Assembly (NCBI GenBank): GCA_963676795.2
Contig: CAXXTB010000001.1
Span: 608,001-672,000, forward strand
Reading direction: 5' to 3'
DNA length: 64,000 nt
Source: Geopsychrobacteraceae bacterium
GTDB lineage: Bacteria; Desulfobacterota; Desulfuromonadia; Desulfuromonadales; Geopsychrobacteraceae
Shown here piece after piece: positions 58,864 to 64,000 of the stretch. The position numbers and the translations under genes were made by a program. The notes beneath the pieces are model-generated. The model saw only the letters and a program-made list of their open reading frames with translations. It was not told the DNA's origin and searched no databases. Within the stretch, counting starts at the first letter, position 1. Each line of letters opens with the position of its first letter.

Positions 58864-60828
58864 ATGTACAGTAATCTGTGGCTCATCCCATTCTTCCCTC
58901 TGGTCGGGGCGATTATCAACGGTCTGATGGGTAAAAAGATCCGCAATGAAAAGATCATCGGCGGATTCGGAACCCTGCTGATGTTCCTCTCCTTCCTGGT
59001 GGCGGTGCAGAACTTTGTGCACCTGCTCAGCGACAGCGAGAAGGTCCATCAACTGGTCATTGCCAAGTGGATTACGGTAGGGCAGCTGAATATCAACTGG
59101 GAATTCCTGCTCGATCCGTTGTCAGCGGTGATGATCATGGTCGTTACCGGTGTCGGCACCCTGATCCATCTCTACTCGATCGGCTACATGCACGGTGAGG
59201 TCGGTTTTTACCGTTTCTTTTCATACATGAACCTGTTCGCCTTTTCGATGCTGATGCTGGTTTTAGGAGGCAACGCCCTGGTCATGTTCATCGGCTGGGA
59301 AGGGGTCGGTCTCTGCTCCTATCTGCTGATCGGCTATTATTTTGAAAAGAAGAGTGCCGGCGATGCGGCCAAGAAGGCCTTTGTCGTTAACCGGATCGGC
59401 GACTTCGGTTTCCTCTGTGGTCTGCTGACCCTGTTCTGGAGCCTCGGTAGCAAGGGGGTGTGGACCCTCAATTTTGTCGAGATTGCGAATAGCGTTCACC
59501 TGCTTGAAGCGGGTGGCGTGATTGTCACCATCGTGACCCTCTGTTTCTTCCTCGGTGCAACCGGTAAGTCGGCCCAGATTCCGCTGTTTACCTGGCTGCC
59601 CGACGCGATGGAGGGTCCGACCCCGGTTTCGGCCCTGATCCACGCGGCGACCATGGTTACCGCCGGTGTCTACATGATCGGACGGATGAACGGTCTGTTC
59701 GCCATGGCCCCGGCGACGATGATGACCATTGCCATCATCGGTGCCCTGACAGCGTTCTTTGCCGCGACCATCGGTCTGGCTCAGAACGACATCAAGCGGG
59801 TGCTGGCCTATTCGACCGTCTCTCAGCTCGGTTACATGTTTCTGGCCATGGGGGTCGGTGCCTTCTCGGCCGGTGTCTTCCACCTGATGACTCACGCCTT
59901 CTTCAAGGCCTGTCTGTTTCTCGGCTCAGGTTCGGTTATCCACGGCATGCATCACGCCTATCATCATGCCCACCTGCATGACGATCCGCAGGACATGCGT
60001 AACATGGGCGGCCTGCGCAAGAAGATGCCGATCACCTTTATCACTTTCCTAGTGTCGACCATCGCCATTGCCGGCGTCCCGCTCTTCTCCGGTTTCTTCT
60101 CCAAGGACGAGATCCTCTGGTGGGCCTTCGGCTCGACCCGTGGCCATTGGTTGCTCTGGGTGCTTGGTGCCGCTGCTGCCGGGATGACCGCATTCTATAT
60201 GTTCCGGCTGGTCTTCATGACCTTCTTCGGCGAGCAGAAGACTCATCCGAAAGCCAAGGATCATATCCCCGAGTCTCCGGCGACCATTACCATTCCGCTG
60301 ATCGTCCTCGGTTTTCTCGCTCTGGTCGGCGGCTATATCGGTGTGCCGAAATTGCTCGGCGGCATGAACCGTTTCGAGCACTTCCTCGCACCGGTCTTTG
60401 AGCACAACCAGGAGCTGCATCACATTGCCGCCCATGGTGCCCATTCGACCGAATGGACCCTGATGATCGTTTCGGTCGTCATCGCTTTTATCGGCATCTT
60501 CGGTGCCTGGTTCATGTATATGAAAAATCCCGAGCTGCCGGCCCGCTTTACGGCCAGATTCGCCTTTGCCTACCGGGTTATCTTCAACAAGTGGTACATC
60601 GATGAACTCTACGACTTCGTCTTTGTCAACCCGTGCAAGAAGATCGGTACCTTCCTCTGGCGTGCCATCGATGTCTGGATTGTCGACGGCGTCGTCAACG
60701 GGATCGCCTGGCTGGTCAAGGGGATTGGCAACGGGTTGCGCTATACCCAGTCCGGCTATCTGTACAATTACGCTGTGGTGATGGTGATCGGTGTCATCGT
60801 CATCGTCGGCTTCTATGTTTTTGATTAA
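58864..60828 (+). CDS. nuoL: NADH:quinone oxidoreductase subunit L
   Basis: GWEGVG, NRIGD, KSAQIPL.TWLPDAMEGPTPVSALIHAATMV and HAFFKA. Confidence 0.97.
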   Translation: MYSNLWLIPFFPLVGAIINGLMGKKIRNEKIIGGFGTLLMFLSFLVAVQNFVHLLSDSEKVHQLVIAKWITVGQLNINWEFLLDPLSAVMIMVVTGVGTLIHLYSIGYMHGEVGFYRFFSYMNLFAFSMLMLVLGGNALVMFIGWEGVGLCSYLLIGYYFEKKSAGDAAKKAFVVNRIGDFGFLCGLLTLFWSLGSKGVWTLNFVEIANSVHLLEAGGVIVTIVTLCFFLGATGKSAQIPLFTWLPDAMEGPTPVSALIHAATMVTAGVYMIGRMNGLFAMAPATMMTIAIIGALTAFFAATIGLAQNDIKRVLAYSTVSQLGYMFLAMGVGAFSAGVFHLMTHAFFKACLFLGSGSVIHGMHHAYHHAHLHDDPQDMRNMGGLRKKMPITFITFLVSTIAIAGVPLFSGFFSKDEILWWAFGSTRGHWLLWVLGAAAAGMTAFYMFRLVFMTFFGEQKTHPKAKDHIPESPATITIPLIVLGFLALVGGYIGVPKLLGGMNRFEHFLAPVFEHNQELHHIAAHGAHSTEWTLMIVSVVIAFIGIFGAWFMYMKNPELPARFTARFAFAYRVIFNKWYIDELYDFVFVNPCKKIGTFLWRAIDVWIVDGVVNGIAWLVKGIGNGLRYTQSGYLYNYAVVMVIGVIVIVGFYVFD

Positions 60829-60872
60829 TGTTCGCCAGGTAATGCGATAGAGCTTTTAAGGAGCGATTCCAC

Positions 60873-62459
60873 ATGGCTGAAAATCTGTTAACCATCATGA
60901 CCTTCCTTCCTCTTGTCGGGATGCTGTTGCTGCTCTTGATCCCGAAGACGAATGAAGGGCTGCTCAAAGGGTTTACTCTGGCGTTCACCCTGGTCACCTT
61001 TGTCGTCAGTCTGCCACTGGCCTTCAACGATGTCTTTACGACCTCCGGCGACATGCACTACCGCCAGTTTGTCGAGTGGATCAACGTCGGTGATTTCTTC
61101 CAGATGAACTATAACGTCGGTGTCGACGGCATCAGCCTGTGGCTGGTCATGCTGACCACCTTCATCATGCCGATCGCCGTGCTTTCGACCTGGAATGCCA
61201 TCGACAAGAACACCAAGGGGTTCATGGCGATGCTGCTGCTCCTGGAAACCGGGATGCTCGGTGCCTTCGTCTCACTGGATCTGTTCCTGTTCTACATCTT
61301 CTGGGAACTGATGCTGATTCCGATGTACTTCCTGATCGGCATCTGGGGCGGCAAGAACCGTATCTATGCGGCGGTCAAGTTCTTCATCTACACCGCGGTC
61401 GGTTCGTTGCTGATGCTGGTGGCGATCATCTTCCTTTATTACTACGCAGCGCAGAGCGGTGTCGTCCTGAACGGTTTTGACATTGCCGAGTTCTATAAGC
61501 TCGATCTGCCCTACAACGCCCAGTTCTGGCTGTTCCTCGCTTTCGGTTTCAGCTTTGCCATCAAGGTGCCGATGTTCCCGCTGCACACCTGGTTGCCGGA
61601 TGCCCATACCGAGGCACCGACCGCCGGTTCGGTCATTCTGGCCGCAGTGCTGCTGAAGATGGGCACCTACGGCTACGTGCGTTTCGCCATGCCGCTCTTC
61701 CCTGAAGCTCTGCCGACCTTCATCCCCTGGCTGTCACTCTTGGCGGTCATCGGCATCATCTACGGTTCACTGGTGGCGATGATGCAGGAGGATGTCAAAA
61801 AGCTGGTCGCTTACTCATCGGTCGCTCACCTGGGCTTTGTCATGCTCGGTGTCTTTGCCCTCAACCTGCAGGGCTTAGCCGGCGGCATGATCCAGATGAT
61901 CAATCACGGTATTTCGACCGGTGCGCTGTTCCTTATCGTCGGTTTCATCTACGAGCGGCGTCATACCCGCCTGATCACCGAATTCGGCGGTCTGGCTCAC
62001 AAGATGCCGATCTTCGCCACCATCTTCATGATCGTTACCTTCTCGTCGATCGGACTGCCGGGCACCAACGGTTTTGTCGGCGAGTTCCTGGCCCTGATGG
62101 GTGCGTTCCAGGGGGGGCTGCGTTGGTACGCAGTGTTTGCGACGACCGGTGTCATTCTTGCCGCCGTCTACATGCTGTGGATGTACCAGCGGGTTATGCT
62201 CGGCAAGATCACCAATCCGGCCAACGAAAACCTCAAGGATCTTTCGGCCCGCGAGATTATCCTGATGCTGCCGCTGCTGCTCTTCGTCTTCTGGATCGGT
62301 CTCTACCCGAACACTTTCTTCGATAAGATGAATCCGGCCATGGAGAAGGTTCTGGCCCAGATGGGAGCACCGCATCAGGTTGTTGAGATTCAGCAACCGA
62401 TGGCACCAGCCCATGCTTCTGCGCATGGAGAGCATGCACCGGCCGAAGGCCATCACTGA
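60873..62459 (+). CDS. nuoM: NADH:quinone oxidoreductase subunit M
   Basis: FWELMLIP, IKVPMFPLHTWLPDAHTEAPT and LPGTNGFVGE. Confidence 0.97.
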   Translation: MAENLLTIMTFLPLVGMLLLLLIPKTNEGLLKGFTLAFTLVTFVVSLPLAFNDVFTTSGDMHYRQFVEWINVGDFFQMNYNVGVDGISLWLVMLTTFIMPIAVLSTWNAIDKNTKGFMAMLLLLETGMLGAFVSLDLFLFYIFWELMLIPMYFLIGIWGGKNRIYAAVKFFIYTAVGSLLMLVAIIFLYYYAAQSGVVLNGFDIAEFYKLDLPYNAQFWLFLAFGFSFAIKVPMFPLHTWLPDAHTEAPTAGSVILAAVLLKMGTYGYVRFAMPLFPEALPTFIPWLSLLAVIGIIYGSLVAMMQEDVKKLVAYSSVAHLGFVMLGVFALNLQGLAGGMIQMINHGISTGALFLIVGFIYERRHTRLITEFGGLAHKMPIFATIFMIVTFSSIGLPGTNGFVGEFLALMGAFQGGLRWYAVFATTGVILAAVYMLWMYQRVMLGKITNPANENLKDLSAREIILMLPLLLFVFWIGLYPNTFFDKMNPAMEKVLAQMGAPHQVVEIQQPMAPAHASAHGEHAPAEGHH

Positions 62460-62494
62460 TTTTGTAATAACACTGGTTCTCTAGGAGCTGTTTG

Positions 62495-63955
62495 ATGGAA
62501 AATCTGGTTCAAGAAGCCATCCAGAATGTGAATCTGCAGGCGATCATGCCGTCGCTGGTTCTTTGTGTCTGTGCGATGGTCCTGCTGCTGATCGGCGTCT
62601 TCTCCAAACGCGGCAGTACCTCTCATGTGGCCTGGCTGAGTATCGCCGCCCTGATCATCACCGGCGCCGTGAGTCTGTGTGCGTGGAACAATCCGCAGGC
62701 CGGATTCGCCGGGGCCGTGCTGCTTGATAACTTTGCGACCTTCTTCAGCATGATCTGCCTGATTGCTGCGGGACTGACAATCCTGATGTCGGACAACTAC
62801 CTCAAACGTGAGGAGTTTCCGGTCAGCGAGTACTATCCGCTGATTTTGTTCACCACGGCGGGCGCCATGTGGATGGCCTCCGGCACCGATCTGATGACCA
62901 TCTTCCTTGGTCTTGAAGTACTGTCGGTGTCGCTTTATATCCTGGCGGGCTACTTCCGCGATCAGGTCAAGTCGAACGAGGCTGGACTGAAGTATTTCTT
63001 TCTCGGGGCTTTCTCAACCGGTTTTCTGCTCTACGGTGTTGCACTGCTCTACGGTGTGACCGGTACGACCAAGATCGACGGGATCGCGGCTTACATGCTT
63101 GCTCATCCGGCGCAGCTGCATAATCTGATGTTCATTGCCGGCGGGCTGTTGCTGCTGGTCGGCTTCCTGTTCAAGGTTGCCGCTGCTCCGTTCCACATGT
63201 GGACACCGGATGTCTACCAGGGCGCACCGACGCCGATTACTGCGTTCATGAGCGCAGGTCCGAAGGCCGCAGCCTTTGCCGCTTTTATCCGCATCACTAT
63301 TCTCGGTCTGGACGGGATGCACCTGGAGCTGGCCAACCTGTTCTGGGTACTGGCGGTGCTGACCATGATTGTCGGTAACTTCATCGCGCTCTGTCAGAAA
63401 GATCTCAAGCGCCTGCTCGCCTATTCGTCGATTGCCCATGCCGGCTACGCCCTGGTCGGTCTGGTCGCCTGGAATGAGGTCGGACTGTCGGCGATCCTCT
63501 TCTACATGATGGTTTACACCTTCATGAACATGGGGGCCTTTGCCGTACTGGTACTGGTCGGCAAGAAGGGGGAGGAGAACCTGACTCTTGACGGCATCGC
63601 CGGGCTCGGCTACAAGAAACCGGTCCTCGGGATTGCCCTCTGTATCTTCCTCTTCTCACTGATGGGGCTGCCACCGACTGCTGGTTTTACCGGCAAGTTC
63701 TTCATCTTTGCCGGTGCCATCAAGGCGGGCTATATCTGGCTGGCGGTGCTCGGAATCCTCAACTCTGCGGTGTCACTGTTCTACTACCTGAGAATCATGG
63801 TTCAGATGTACTTCCGCGATCCGCAGGAAGATTTCTCCTGGGTCTCGATCAATGTTCCGGTTGCGATCTCGATCGTTATCTCGGTGGTCGGGGTTCTCTA
63901 TCTGGGAATCATCCCAGGTTCGCTGATGCAGCTGGCAAAATTAGCCGGACTCTAG
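62495..63955 (+). CDS. nuoN: NADH:quinone oxidoreductase subunit N
   Basis: EAGLKYF, FKVAAAPFHMWTPDVYQGAP, KRLLAYSSIAH and GLPPTAGF. Confidence 0.97.
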   Translation: MENLVQEAIQNVNLQAIMPSLVLCVCAMVLLLIGVFSKRGSTSHVAWLSIAALIITGAVSLCAWNNPQAGFAGAVLLDNFATFFSMICLIAAGLTILMSDNYLKREEFPVSEYYPLILFTTAGAMWMASGTDLMTIFLGLEVLSVSLYILAGYFRDQVKSNEAGLKYFFLGAFSTGFLLYGVALLYGVTGTTKIDGIAAYMLAHPAQLHNLMFIAGGLLLLVGFLFKVAAAPFHMWTPDVYQGAPTPITAFMSAGPKAAAFAAFIRITILGLDGMHLELANLFWVLAVLTMIVGNFIALCQKDLKRLLAYSSIAHAGYALVGLVAWNEVGLSAILFYMMVYTFMNMGAFAVLVLVGKKGEENLTLDGIAGLGYKKPVLGIALCIFLFSLMGLPPTAGFTGKFFIFAGAIKAGYIWLAVLGILNSAVSLFYYLRIMVQMYFRDPQEDFSWVSINVPVAISIVISVVGVLYLGIIPGSLMQLAKLAGL

Positions 63956-63979
63956 CACTGAGCAATGAAGTTGATTCTA

Positions 63980-64000
63980 AAGCCCGCCGATTCCGGCGGG
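63980..64000 (+). terminator. Terminator hairpin of the nuo operon, truncated by the window edge
   Basis: aagcccgccg-attc-cggcggg. Confidence 0.6.

Noticed and set aside
1..64000. tRNA, rRNA, selenoprotein read-through, transposases or prophage genes
   Set aside because: None recognised by eye; tRNAscan and Infernal were not run, so small RNAs could have been missed

Overview
GC-rich (roughly 55-60%, estimated by eye) chromosomal window from a Desulfuromonadales/Geobacter-like bacterium; the assignment is inferred from gene content and order. From left to right it holds: (i) a c-di-GMP and phosphorelay block (PilZ protein, PAS-GGEEF cyclase, Cache/PAS kinase, HD-GYP regulator, and a sigma54 activator upstream of CheY-like / REC-HDOD / FapA / REC-HDOD genes); (ii) cysK-metI-metC, a ferredoxin, an MBL hydrolase and FadL; (iii) hemL and the Fo genes atpZ-I-B-E; (iv) an ~17 kb stretch with homologues of all three known Geobacter inner-membrane quinol-oxidising systems (nonaheme CbcL, a hexaheme ImcH variant, and CbcBA with a BccR-like sigma54 activator, heme-c sensor kinase and kinase-less sensor paralog), interleaved with mbfA, cysM and a UbiD enzyme; (v) a hybrid kinase, an ABC-2 transporter and hslO; (vi) a complete nuoA-N operon whose NuoF has the HydB/Bfu electron-bifurcation architecture. 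Non-coding highlights are two sigma54 promoters with identifiable enhancer sites, an Rrf2-like operator at cysK, an HgtR-like site at nuoA, a 161-bp CTAG-flanked MITE, a 43-nt hairpin repeat with a compensatory base-pair change, and a REPIN-like inverted doublet. No rRNA, tRNA, CRISPR array or transposase was seen. Homology calls come from motifs and recalled family sequences, not from database searches.
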